From Octopus vulgaris (Eukaryota), in NCBI GenBank assembly GCA_951406725.2, contig OX597815.1, forward strand, positions 73,780,001-73,844,000: 64,000 bases of DNA, written 5' to 3'. The position numbers were made by a program, and so were the translations under genes. This document shows, piece by piece, positions 38,771 to 52,843 of the stretch (position 1 is its first letter; each line of letters starts with the position of its first letter). A model generated the notes under the pieces. It was not told where the DNA came from. It did not search any database and was given only the letters and a program-made list of their open reading frames with translations.

Positions 38771-39078
38771 GGATGGATGGATGGATGTATACAATGAAAG
38801 CAGTGAACACAAGAAAACTGAAGTCGCGTGAAAGTGGTGTCAGATGTGGTTTGACATGCGCTTTACGAGTTTATTCTTCTCTTTCGTTTTACGAAGTCAG
38901 TGTGCACATGCTCATTGCGTATTCATTCTTCTTTTTCCGGTTCCTACTCAAAACTGTTTACAGATCACAACCATCTCACGAACCCAGGTTCGTGAAGAGT
39001 GCTTCGCGCTCCGATGCCTGTGAGAAGAATATAGTAGACAACACAGGCGAGACGAGTTTTACGCTTAAAATGAAGGGT

Positions 39079-39116
39079 GTTTTGACGTTTCAGAAGTTAG
39101 TCCTTCATCGAAAGAA
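39079..39116 (-). ncRNA. Degenerate minimal hammerhead motif
   Basis: Minus strand: tt-TCGATGA-agga ctaac ttct-GAAA-cGTC-aa; lies in a unique insert between (TA)n tracts. Confidence 0.45.
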
Positions 39117-39159
39117 ATATATAAAACGGAGGAGGTGAGTTTAAGAGAATATACATACA

Positions 39160-39228
<69 letters not shown>

Positions 39229-39233
<5 letters not shown>

Positions 39234-39360
39234 GGCTTAGTAAAATAAATTACTTTGCCGCATACTGAACTCATTAGAAATAGCAGCTAAAAAACTTTTT
39301 TAAAACTATTTCTAATAAGTTCAGTATGCGGCAAAGTAATTTATTTTACTAAGCCCTTTT
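39229..39360. repeat. Near-perfect hairpin MITE in (TA)n
   Basis: ~55-bp arms 39229-39283 and 39306-39360 with one mismatch; 22-nt spacer. Confidence 0.9.
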
Positions 39361-39457
39361 ATATAATGTAATAATTTGAATTCGCCTTAAATGGTCCCTT
39401 TGCATACTGAATACTTGGTGAAATTGATTAATTAATTAATTTTACCCTCAATTGTTG

Positions 39458-39517
<60 letters not shown>

Positions 39518-39721
39518 TGTATGTATGTATGTATGTGTGTGTGTGTGTGTGTGTATGTATATAACGGTCTTCTTTCAGTTTCCATCTATCAAATCCACTT
39601 TCAAGACTTTGGTCAACTCGAGGTTATAGTAGAAGTCCCTTTCCCACGGTGTCACACAGTGGGGCTGAAACCGGAACCATGTGATTGGGAAGCAAGCTTC
39701 TTACCACACAGCCACACCTAC

Positions 39722-39765
<44 letters not shown>

Positions 39766-41165
39766 ATATATATATATATATATGCACACACACATACACA
39801 CATGTATATCTCATATTAACAAAATGAATTAATATACGATGGTAGTGTTGGTGGTGACAAAATGGAGCGAGAAACAAGGGAGAGAAGAGATATATTCATT
39901 ATTTGCGTGTGTGTGTGTGTGTGTGTGTATGTGTGTATGTATGTATGTATGTATGTATGTATGTATGTATGTACGTATGTATGTGTTTTAATGTACGTAC
40001 ATAAATGTTGTATAACTTATTATAATACACCCCATACATACATATAAATATATCTGAAGGCAGGAGGTTAAATTTTGCTTTCTTTCCTTCCTTCCTGCTC
40101 TCTTTCCTTCCACCTTTTCTCCTTTCGTTCCCAATCTTGCTTTCTTAATTCTGAATGAAAATGGACATCGATTTTTTAGAACTGTGATATTTTATCTTAT
40201 TTTATTTTTTCATGCGACAACACGCCTCGTTTCTAATGATTACTTTTGTTGTTGTTGACTGAGCTCTCGGAAACCTATAATATACATAAACAAAAGTCGA
40301 GTTTTGTTTTCATATCGGTTGACAAATGGCGAACATACAACAGCCTGGCGGTGGTGGTGGTGTTTGTGATGATGGTGGCGGCGGCGGCGGTGGTGGTGGC
40401 GGTGGTGGTGGTGATGGCGGCGATAGTAGTGATGCTGGATGGTGATGGTGGTGGTGATGGCAGTGGGAGTGATGGTGGTGGAGGTGGAGGTGGTGGTGGT
40501 GACGGCAATGCTGATGTTTGTAGGGGTGATGGCGGTGGTAATGATGATAGTGGTTGTGACAGTAGTAATGATGGTGGTAGCAGGGGTGAGGGGAGGCTGA
40601 GGCGATCAGCGAACGACCAGAAATAGATAAATAACGGAATAACATGAAATGCCACAAATGATTTTGTTTCTCAGTATATAACTCATAAAAAAAAATATAT
40701 TTGATATGAGGTCGTTTCTAGAGTATTTTTGAAACGTGTGCGAGTCTATTTAAAAGGTTTAGATAATTTGTTCAAATATATGATTTCTATTAAATATACT
40801 TCTGCGATAACGAAAAAAAATTGTGTGTATGTGTGTGAGATATGAAAAAAAAATCTAAGGGAGATAAGGAAGTAACTGATTTTAAAAGTCATATGTACGA
40901 TTAATTAGGAAATTAATTAATGTTGAATTCAAATTTTGGCACAAGGCCGGCAGTTTCAGGGAGGGCTAAATCGATTACATCGATTCCAGTGCTCATCTGA
41001 TACTTATTTATCGGTCCCGAAAGGATGAAAGGGTAAGTCGATCTCGGCGGAATATTGAATTCAGAACGTTAAAACGGACGAAATACTGCTAAGCATTTCA
41101 CCCGGAGTCCTAACGAAGCTGCCGGCTCGCCGCCTTAGAAAACTAAAGTTATATGTAATGTGTAA

Positions 41166-41740
41166 GGCGGCGAGCTGGCAGAAACATTAGCTCGCCGAGC
41201 GAAATGCTTAGCGGTATTTCGTCTGCTGCTACGTTCTGAGTTCAAATTCCGCCCAGGTCGACTTTGCCTTTCATCCTTTCGAAGTCGATTAAATAAGTAC
41301 CAGTTACGCACTGGGGTCGATATAATCGACTTAATCCGTTTGTTTGTCCTTGTTTGTCCTCTCTGCGTTTAGCCCCTTGTGGGTAGTAAAGAAATAGGTA
41401 TTTCGTCTGTCGTTACGCTCTAAGTTCAAATTCATCCTTTCAGGGTCGATTAAATAAGTACCAGTTACGCACTGGGGTCGATATAATCGACTTAATCCGT
41501 TTGTCTGTCCTTGTTTGTCCTCTCTGTCTGTAGCCCCTTGTAGGCAGTAAAGAAATAAGAATGCTTAGCGGCATTTTTCGTCCGTCCTTACGTTTTGAGT
41601 TTAAATTCTGCCGAGGTCGACTTTGTCTTTCATTCTATTGGGAATCGATAAAATAAGTACCAGCTTCGTACTAGGGTCGATGTAATCGACTTACCCCTAC
41701 CCCCTGAACTTGCTGGCCTTGCGCCAAAATTTGAAACCAA
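41166..41740 (+). mobile_element. SINE family B multimer (head-to-head with another copy at ~40930-41137)
   Basis: Head, repeated units and alternative tail ggccttgcgccaaaatttgaaacc. Confidence 0.85.
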
Positions 41741-41774
41741 TATTGTATATATTGTGTGTGTAGAAATAAACATG

Positions 41775-42690
41775 TGTGGGTTGGCTAAAAAGTTCGGTTT
41801 TTGTCAACACTAAACTTCAAGCACTGGTAAGTAGCTTACTTCAGTCTTTCTCTTGCGCATTCGTATTCAGTAGCTGCTTGATACTTCAACGTTGTTCGAT
41901 GTGAACTTGCGAGGAGACGGGATGCATTTTTTGTGCATGGGATCACCCTCAAAATGGAGAACAAAAATAAACATTATCAACACCTCATGCTTTTTTAATT
42001 TTCAAAAAAAAAAAAAAAAACGCAAGAAAGTGGTGGAAACCCATTGGAAGATATGCGCTGTGTACAGAGATATTGTTACATAACGTGTGTGCCAGAGGTG
42101 GTTTTCAAGATTTCGATCTGGAAATTTTTCGGTTCAAGATGCACCTTGCTCTGGTCAGCCGAGATCAACAGCGACGCCAAGCCCCATTATACGACCAAGA
42201 TGGTCGCAGATATTCTCCAAATATCGAAATTGAGCGTTGAAAACCATCTGCATCAATTCAGGAGGCCTAATGTTTGGCCGAACATTAATCGAATGAAGCT
42301 AACTCCGCCCAGCGGATTTCCATCTGCGTTTTGTAGCACAAACGTGAAAAAAAAAAACGATCTTTTTTTTTTTCTTTTTGAAGGGAATGGTGACGGGACA
42401 AAATAATGGATATTCTATAACAAAGTGAAGCGTAAACGATCATGGAGGAATCACAGCGAACCACTACAAGCAAACGCCAAAGCAGGACTTCACCATAAGA
42501 CGGATATGCATTCAAATTGGTGAGATTGGAAGGGTGTCGTCTTTTATGAGTTTCTTCCTGTGGACAGAATCATCAATTCGGATATGTATTGTGACCAATT
42601 GGACAAATTAAACACTGCTCCACCAGAAGCGACCAACACTTGCTAATCGTAAAGGCATAATCTTTTATCACGACAAACAATGACGTGTAC
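41775..42690 (+). mobile_element. Heavily decayed mariner
   Basis: Remnants resembling VTGDEKWILYNNVKRKRSW (~42390-42445), WWDWKGVVFYELLP (~42518-42560) and FYHDN. Confidence 0.75.
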
Positions 42691-42699
42691 TCGTAGCCA

Positions 42700-43200
42700 C
42701 ATGTCAAGACGAAATTTAAGAAAGACAATATGAGTTCTTGTTCTCTACGACGACAAGAAAGCGGTGAGCAGGTGAAATCACCTGTAAGATTGTAAGTGTA
42801 GTAAACTTCAGAGGGTAAGGAAGAGGAGCAAGAGAGAAGCAGGAAGTAAAGGGTGGAGGAGTGAGAATCATGGTATATTGGCATGATGAAAGTAAAAAAT
42901 ATAAGATAACAAGTGTAATTTAATAGTAACCTGAAGCCAAAATCTAGTTATGTAAGAACTATAAGAATCGAAGTAGAATTGGTAGATGTGTATCCGTTAT
43001 GAGCCACTGATAGATGGAAATAAAAAACAAACAACACGAAAGATACGATATAATACAATAAAAGTTAAATGTATTAGTTCGGATGTAAGTCTTTCATCAG
43101 AAGAATGAACCAGAGAAGAGGAAAAATCGGAAAGACGAAAAAATTATAAAGAAGTAACCCCAAATTAAACGTTACAGGAAGTGAGAAAATAAAAGAAAAG
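42700..43200 (-). mobile_element. Penelope-like fragment with hammerhead remnant
   Basis: CRRREQELILSF matches the GIY-YIG C-terminus at ~47090; CTGATGA-A-aga cttaca tcc-GAAC at ~43074-43104. Confidence 0.6.
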
Positions 43201-45809
43201 AGTTTGATGAGAGATGTAGGGGAGATAAACTGAAGTGTAGTCATCATACATGACATTCATACCCAAATACAACACACCCAATTAGTTTCTCCTAATCACA
43301 TCACACGAACGTCTTATACAATCGCAACACACAACAACGACACGCACGCGTACGCACGCGCACACACTCACACAAGACACTCATTCATGCACTATATCAG
43401 ATACACACATCCCCTACACCACCTCACCCCATGAAAAACACATTAATATTCAAACGTGCACGAAATTACGCCGGACACACGCATGCAATCAACTTACACA
43501 TACACATACATGTATTTATTATAGCAGGGCACGTGCGCAAGTACACACAGACGCGCGCGCACACTATGAACCTACATTATATACAGCATGCAACTTATAT
43601 ACACCCACTCATACAACACACTCAACGACAAAAAAAAAGAACAATATGAAGATACAAAAAACGAACGTGCATACATACTCGGACAATAAACACATGCACG
43701 CGGTGTTACTGTTCACACTTGCAAACATGTGTAACCATGTGGGCATACCACACGACGTACACAGAGTTATGCAACAGCTTCTACCACGCACCTGCATATA
43801 TACATATATACATACTTCCATATATAGATATATATTATACTATGTATGTGTATGTGTGTGCAGGTATATGTGTGCGTATGTGTTTGTGTATGTATATATT
43901 TTAAATTCAATGCAGTTGTGGAGATGTTAGGAGAGGTTAGTTATGAGGTTATGTTTCCTGGAATGTAGAATGGAGCAACACTGTACGCTGTATATGCGTA
44001 CTGTTTAAAATGTATGTGTTTACTTTAAATAAAAAATAATAAATGCACCCTTTTAAAGCCTAGCCAGGCTCATGGGCCCGGTTTCCTGGTTTCAATGGCG
44101 TATGTCCCCAGCGGGACGGGACGCCAGTCCAGCGCAGCGTTACTCATTTTTGCCTGCTGACTGGACTGGAGCAACGTGAAATGAAGTGTTTTGCTCAAGA
44201 ACACAACGCATCGCCCGGTCCAGGAATCGAAACCACAATCTTAAGATCATGATGCTGACACCCTAACCACTAAGCCACGCGCCTCCACTCATGTGTTTAC
44301 TTTAGCATATGAAAATTACATTTTATATGGGAACTTATTTGTATTAACCATAGGTAAGATATGCAAGTGAACGTATATTAAATAAGATGTATATATTATG
44401 ATGTACCTATGTTTCACCGTAACAGCTTGTCATCATGTTATACAACTTTTGGAGAATGAACTTTAATAGGAACCTAGGTTGTGTTGTAAAAACTCTGTGA
44501 TATAAATGTATAAATATCACACTTTCAGCTTACTTTAATAAGTATCACCTTCAGCTTACTTACTGACATCAAAACATGACATGGATGTCATGTTTTAATG
44601 ACACGGGAATACTAGTATATGTGTATAAGTATTTATATGTTACAACTTATACGACTTGATGCCAGTAAAAGTTAGCCGGGTCAGACTCCAATTATGCGGA
44701 TGTTCATTCTAACAAGGATTCGGAGTAGTTTGTCATATTTGAATCGAGTCGAAAATTCTGGTACCGAGCATCGCTTCTTAAGGTAACACGAAATATATGT
44801 ATATAAAACAAAGTTATTAGTGAGGACCGATCAATCCGGGCAAAATACTTTATAAGCTCTGTTAGTACAACTCCACATATACTGGTGACAGAGTCCGGGG
44901 TTATAGATTATTACCCTTCTATATTGTAGATCCATGGTGTGTTCCAGGTATGCAGAGTGATACAAGATAAGGCACAAATAATGATCATTATATATTTTTC
45001 TTTACTGTTGTAAATTTGACTTACACTTGTGTCCAGTAGCCAATTATTTACGAGGTATTAAGGTTGCCCCAAAGTAATTTAAGATCTATATTAAAATCTT
45101 GATTAAAATCTGAAGATTCAGTTGAGACAAGCACTCTAAAAAAAACAGGCAATGGAAATAAACGGCAAATTGCGTCGATTATAGAATTAAAGAGAAATTA
45201 AAGAGAAATAGCATTCATATAAATTTTGTGATATAGAGAACTAAAATAAAACTTGCCAACAGCACCTAAATATAAAAATAAAAACATTTTGAGACTTGCA
45301 CAAGTGAAGTCCCTATAAATAACACTATCAACTCCCAGGAAAGAGACGGATAGAGGTAGAGACAGAAAGAGAGAATACCCGCCTAACATTACCTACAGAA
45401 ATCCCTACTTCTAGAACGCTACTAAAATACCTTACTAAACACTAGACAATACCCACCTAACACACAACACTACAGACTACCCCGACTAAACACTAGAGAA
45501 CACACACCAGCCTAACACAGGAATACCCACTACAGACGACCAACCTAACGCAAATACCCACTAAACCCGAGACGAGACCAACACAGAAGTACCCCACTAA
45601 ACACGAGATCCATTGATCGACTGAGAGAAATTGAACGAACGGCTCTAACGAGAATAGTATTGCTTCTCTGGGTCGTTCAATTTTTCTCAGCCGATCAGTG
45701 AGCCGATTGAGTAAACCGACCAACAACGAACCTATAATGACTACTGAAAACAACTGTAAGGCAAATTTACAATAAAAAAATACGCAGTGACCATTATTTA
45801 TGCTTTTCT

Positions 45810-46222
<413 letters not shown>

Positions 46223-46229
46223 GTGGAGC

Positions 46230-47700
46230 CCAAGGCGTATATATAGCTGCAATTTACAGAAAAACAAAAGACGAAGACAGGTGTATAAACAACAAGCAGG
46301 TGAACTAGTTTGACGCCCGGAAAGGTGAGAAAGTCTAATACGTTTCGAGCCTACGCTCTTCAACAGAAAGGAACACGATGAAATAAACAGAAAGAGAAAA
46401 AAAAACTTGTGGATTTAGCAGTCATTAATGGCGAATGGTTGAAGATAGTTGGACGGGAGAGCTAGGAAGAAGGGGCGATAATAAAGTACTTGTGATCCTA
46501 AAACGAAGGTGCGCGTGCGTGTGTGTATGTGAGAGTGTGTATGTGCGTGTGGATAGGGGCTGGTGACTTTGACGTGTGGATGTGTGCGTGTGTGCGTGCG
46601 TCTGTAATATGTGGGTGTGTAGATGAAGGTTTGGGTGTGTAGATGAAGGTTTGGGTGTGTAGATGAAGGTTTGGGTGTGTAGATGAAGGTGTGGGTTCTG
46701 GGAAGTGGTCAGTGCTAGCGTGTGCGGAGTGGTGTGGGGTGGTGTGATTTGATGTGGTAGTGTGGTGGTGTGTGGTGTGGTGGTGTGAGGTGTGGGGATG
46801 TGAGGGCAGGGTGTGGATTTGGGGTGAGGATGTGGGGGGAGGTGTGGGCGGAGGTGTGGAAGTAGGAGTGGGATGTATGGGGGGGTGGACGGGGGTGGGG
46901 GGTATTAATGAAGGGAGAGGGTGGGTAAGAGTGAAGAGAGGAAGTAGATGTTAGGGTAAGAGAGAAGAGAGAAGAGGAAAGGTGGGTAGGAGTGAAGAAA
47001 TGAAGTAGGTGTCAGCTGAAGAGAAGAGAGGAGGGGAGTCAGATGAAGAGGAGAGCCCATGTGAAGCAAAGGAGCGAAGAAAGAAGATTAATTCTTGTTC
47101 ACGGCGAAAGCGTGAGTTAGGATGGCCCCTGTACAAAGACAATCCGAACACAGACAAGTGCTGTAATGAATAACAGATAGAGCGGAGAAGGCACGAGACC
47201 GGGGTGTCATTGCCGAGTCTAATGTCTCGGAGGTGCTCCGCGAACCGGTCAGCCAAGCACTGATGTACGGAGAAGGGAAGAAAGAGCAGGATATGCAGTA
47301 AATGACGTTGCTAAAAGTGCAGGTAAAGGAGTCAGTGATATGATAGGGACGATGATGGGTGCTTGTGAGGGTGGTGGTGTTGGAGAGGTAGGGGCAAGTG
47401 TGGCAGCGTGGCCAGGAGCAGGAGACAAGACAGGTTGGGAGGTGGGGTTAGAGAAGAAAATTTGGACCAGGAGGTCATGTAGGTTTGGGCTGGTTTGAAG
47501 GAGGGAAGGGTCGGACTGGAGTCGGTAGAAGGTTCGGAGAATGGTGTGTTAGAGGGGAAGGGTGGATGGGCGGTAGGTGAGAGGAAACGGGAGGCCAGCA
47601 ACGGCACGACGGGTGCGAGGAGAGCGAGCAGAGATAAGGTCCACAGAACGTGCAAGGGCAGTGTGGATAGTGGTGAGGGGATATCCCCGAAAGATGAAGT
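46230..47700 (-). mobile_element. Penelope-like retroelement 3' part (GIY-YIG endonuclease plus pLTR)
   Basis: Minus strand: CSWPRCHTCPYL knuckle, DSFTCTFSNVIYCISC...YI (GIY-YIG), LADRFAEHLRDIR, RRREQELIF-type motif; hammerhead motif downstream. Confidence 0.85.
46332..46373 (-). ncRNA. Minimal hammerhead-like motif, variant core CUGUUGA
   Basis: Minus strand: cttt-CTGTTGA-A-gagc gtag gctc-GAAA-cGTA-ttagact; stem I partly decayed. Confidence 0.5.
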
Positions 47701-47947
47701 GGCGAGTACTTATTTTTTAAAGCCTAGTACTTATTCTATCAGTCTCTTTTTGCCGAACCGCTAGTATATGGCGACGTAAACAAACCAGCACCAGTTGTCA
47801 ACCGGTGGTGAGGGACAAACGCAAACACAAACATACACACAGTGGGACTGAACCCGTAACCATGTGGATGGAAAGCGAACTTCTTCCCAGGCAGCAACGC
47901 TTGCACCTACACACACACACATACACACATACAAATATGCACACTTG

Positions 47948-47981
<34 letters not shown>

Positions 47982-48221
47982 TGTATGTATGTATGTATGT
48001 ATGTACGTCTATGCATTTACGGATCACACCATTACATGTGTGTTTGAAAAACTTGAAAGCGAATGCGCTTGCAGACCATACGAAAATTTCCTACCATAAG
48101 ATTTGTGTCGTTGTTATTCAAAGACTTTTCTTTTAATATACATTTAATGATTTATATTTTAAGGAAATCTCCAAATATTGTCACTATATCAAGTATTTTT
48201 TGCAAAATACGTCCCTATCAT

Positions 48222-49110
48222 AGGCGTAGGGGTGGCTGTGTGGTAAGTAGCTTGCTTACCAACCACATGGTTTCGGTTCAGTCCCACTGCGTGGCACCTT
48301 TGGCAAGTGTCTTGTACTATAGCTTCGGGCCGACCAAAGCCTTGTGAGTGGATTCGGTAGACGGAAACTGAAAGAAGCTCGTCGTATATATATATATATA
48401 TATGTATATATATGGTATATAAATAGAAGGGGCAGGCAACAGGTTGCTTAGCCGCATACCGAAAAAGTTAGAAATAGCAGTCGGAGACTGTTTATTTCTA
48501 TTTTCTACAAGAGGGACTTCACATACGACATATCCCTGTAATTCACATATGTAAAACAGAAGGAATAAATAACGAAAACAAAGCCTAACAGTTATTTGCG
48601 AACATGTTTCTAGATTAGAAATATGAATATATATTTCATGTCTTTCATCGGCGCAACCTTCCATAGATTTATCAAATGCCACGTACCTCCACCTCTGACC
48701 AGGCGACATCAAAATAGTGGAAGAAAGCGAGCATAGGCTAAACCTATATAGACAATTGAATCCGTAAATTTTCCCCTCCAAAAATTTTACCATGCGCATT
48801 ACAAAGATAGTTCTTTAGGGGTAGAAACTATGGGTTGTCGTAAGGGAGTGAAAATTCCAATTTGTAATATAATGATAAGAGTAAATAATTTCTTCGATGG
48901 TTTTTCAAAAAACCAACAACTATTTACTGGTAGATTTCGGCATGTAAATATAACCATTAACGGTAGGAACTTCTGTAAAGTTCAGTATATATATATATGT
49001 ATATAAATAGAAGGGGCAGGCAACAGGTTGCTTAGCCGCATACCGAAAAAGTTAGAAATAGCAGTCGGAGTCTGTTTATTTCTATTTTCTATTTTCTATT
49101 TTCTATTTAT

Positions 49111-49166
<56 letters not shown>

Positions 49167-49375
49167 GTTTGTGAGTCTGTGTTTGACACCCCGACATCGC
49201 TTGCCAACCGATGCTGGTTGTATTTACGTTCCCGTAACTTAGCGGTTCGGCAAAAGAGACCGAAAGAATAAGTACTAGGCTTACAATGAATAATCTCTAG
49301 GGTCGATTTGCTCGACTAAAGGCGGTGTTCCAGCATGGCCAGAGTCAAATGACTGAAACAAGTAAAAGAGTAAAT
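48222..49375 (+). mobile_element. SINE family A split by an insertion in its central (TA)n
   Basis: Head at 48222-48385, tail at ~49160-49375. Confidence 0.8.
48415..49091. mobile_element. Unclassified element bounded by 93-bp direct repeats
   Basis: 48415-48507 and 48999-49091 differ by one base; each is preceded by (TA)n. Confidence 0.7.
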
Positions 49376-49379
49376 ATAC

Positions 49380-49995
49380 ATATGTATACGTATATGTGTG
49401 CGTGTGTGTATGCACGTATTTATGTATGTACGTATTTATGTATGTTTGTATGTATGTATGTATATGAGTATGTATGTATACATGTATATATTGCATTCAT
49501 ACATACATGTATATATGCATGTATGTATGGATGTATGTATGCATATATGTAAGTATGTATGCATGTATGCATATATGTATGTACGTATGTATGCATGTAT
49601 GTATGCATGAAAGTATGTATGTATATATACATTTATGCATGTTTGATGTATGTATATACGTATGTATGCATGCATGCATGTATGTACGTATGGATTTATG
49701 TATGTGTGTGTATGGATGTATGTATGTGTGTGTGTATATATGCATGTATGTATGTATGTATGTGTGTATGTATGCATGTATGTATGTATGTATGGATGGA
49801 TGGATGGATGGATGGATGGATGGATGGATATGTGTGTATGTATGCATGTATGTATATACGTATGTATGCATGCATGCATGTATGTATGTATGGATTTATG
49901 CATGTGTGTGTATGGATGTATGTATGTGTGTGTGTGTATATGCATGTATGTGTGTGTATGTATGTATGTATGTATGTATGTATGTATGTATGAGA
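49380..49995. repeat. Compound (TATG)/(GATG) microsatellite
   Basis: Direct inspection. Confidence 0.95.
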
Positions 49996-50516
49996 AAGTT
50001 AATGGGTATGTGTGAGATGGTAGTTAAAGAGAACCCATTAGCGCAACAATATAAGTTAGCTTCTCATTCACTGCAGTGATTAGACTTTTGGAAATATGAT
50101 TAGAAAATAATTAATAGACAAATATTTGGGGAGGCATCTATTGCAGTGTGTATGCGTGTGTTTTGTGTTGTGGTGGTGGTACTGGTGGTGGTGGTGGTGC
50201 TGGTGGCGGTGTCGATGATGGTGATGGAGGTAGTGATGTTGTTAGTGCTGATGGTGGTGGTGAATCTATACGTAGATACACATATGTAGCGCGTATATAA
50301 TTAATTCACACACAGCTATATTCATACGTACGTGTGATTGTGACTGGGAATGTATGCGTGCGCGCTCGTATATATATATATATATATATATATGCATATA
50401 TCAATTTATACATTCATATGTAAATACTCACATACGCACACACACACACACATATGTATGAGTGTGTTTGTGTGTGTTTGTGTATATACATCCATACACG
50501 TATATATGTATGTATG

Positions 50517-50639
<123 letters not shown>

Positions 50640-52627
50640 CATATTTGCTCGTTTAACGAGAAAGAAAAATAACAATAACGACTAAAACAACAATGGAAAC
50701 ATGCAACAACAATGGCCGCTGTCCATAAAGATTGCTGTGAGAACCAATTGACTAAAGTCAAAAGACCAGCAGGTAATTAGTAAAACACTCGCTGTGTATT
50801 TTTTTATGACCAACCAATTGGATATTTTCAGGTGAAAACACTGTCTTCTGCGAAGTCATTCTGTATTGACTTCGTCCTTTCCAACTTCCCACACACCTCC
50901 TCTCTCTTTGTTCACCATCTCTTTCTTTAGTGATTTGCTTTTTTCACAGCTCCTCTCCTCACCTAACACCTCAACAATCTTTTTTCTTTTCTTTTCTTCA
51001 CTCCTTCCCTACGTCTAGTTTCTCTTCCCTTCTTTTCTCCGTCTTTATTCAGTTTTCACGCTCTTACACAATTATCATGTACATAATAATCTATATTTAT
51101 AAATCTTACTCTTCAACTTCATCTTCCTCCACTTACCAATCCAACTGTTTCTCTTTTTATATATTTATTTACTCATTTATATACTTATTTATCGGCTCTT
51201 TTCCTTCTTCACGACTTTCTTGCATTCTTTACTGTCTTTCTTCCTTTTCTTCTTTCCTCTTCCGCAGTTCTTTCAATATTCAAGCTACACACATGGACAC
51301 TCCTTAATTCCCCCATTTTATTCTTGATTTCTCATCATGCATTCATAATCGGTGTTGTCGTCTTCGCTGTTGTTGTTGTTGCTTGCATCTTCTGGTTATG
51401 TTACATCTTCTGGTTCTACTTCTCATTCTCTTCTCTTCGCCTATTGTTTTCTCCCATGGAAAGAGAAGTCCGGTTAAAGTGTTAACACCTCGTTCAGACT
51501 TAATAACAGTCCCGTAATGAGCAATACATTATTTTATTCTGTTTCTTTGTTTGTTAGTTTGTTTTTTTCCACCTTCTTTTTCTTTTCTTTGAAAATCACA
51601 TGCAAATAAAATATACAGCAAATAAAGATGAGAGAGAATAAAATAACGAAAAAGAAATAAACGAGAATAAGAAAAAAGTAAACGAAATAAAGAAAAAGAA
51701 GTAATAGACAAACAAAAAAAAGAAACAAGTAACGAACTTCACCGTAATAGCAATAAGAGGCGATTGAGAAGTGACAGAACTTGTTGTTAAGGGGTCTAAT
51801 TGGTATTTCGTTTGGTGAAAGAGCTATTGTTTGCCGAGAAGGAGAGGTTAATTGGTTGAAGTCGTTTGAGTAAACTACTGATTCTTGTTCAAGACGTGTT
51901 ATGACTGTGAGGTGATCGCTCGTATTAAATACTTACAAGTTGTAAATGGTTTAACTACGTTATTGATAAACAGATTTGTTTGCAGACGATAAACTTACTT
52001 TTATCGTTATCAATATTATTTCATGTAGGAAGGCGGCAAGCTGGCAGAATCGTTAGCACGCCAGGCAAACCGCTTGGCGGCATTTCGTCCGTCTCTACGT
52101 TCTGATTTCAAATTCCGCCGAGGATGACCTTTACCTTTCATCCCTTCGGGCTCGATAAAATAAGGATCAGTTCAACATTGGGGTCAATGTAATCTACATA
52201 ACCCCTCTCCCGAAATTGCTGGCCTTGAGCCAAAATTTGAAATCAATATTATTTCATGTAGGGAAGAAAAAATGAAAATGTTGATGAGACTACATGTAAT
52301 GGGCTGTCGAATAAATTCGTTCGTTGTTTCTGTTTGTTTTAATCTTTCCAATTTGTTATTTTTATTTGGATTACCACGAAAAATAGTCCTCTATATATCA
52401 TACTTAATATATACCCATTCTTGATAGGCCAGTTGTCTTCTCCCATCAATATATATTTTTTCATCCTTTTTTCATCTTTCATCTCATTAATGTTTCTGTC
52501 CAGCCCGCAAGCTACTCTTTGTAATGCCGTCATGGCAAATTTTATGAAATAATGTAAATGAAGAGAAGCCCGAGGGTATTCCACTAGAAAAGTTCCCCCG
52601 AAAAGGCTCATAGCAGTGTCAAAAATA

Positions 52628-52843
52628 TTCTTTTCTACTCTAGGCACAAGGTCAGAAATTTTTGGAGAAGGGACCAGTCGATTAGATCGACCCCAGTACG
52701 CAACAGGTACTTAATTTATCGACCCCGAAAGGATAAAAGGCAAAGTCGACCTCGGCGGAATTAGAACTCAGAACGTAATGACAAACGAAATACGGCTAAG
52801 CATTTCGCCCGACGTGCTAACGTTTCTGTCAGCTCGCCGCCTT
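52628..52843 (-). mobile_element. SINE family B monomer
   Basis: Head, core and ggcacaagg tail. Confidence 0.85.

Noticed and set aside
40246-40657. Gly/Pro/His-rich protein ORFs (also 62887-63369)
   Set aside because: Degenerate (GGT)n/(CTA)n trinucleotide repeats open in several frames
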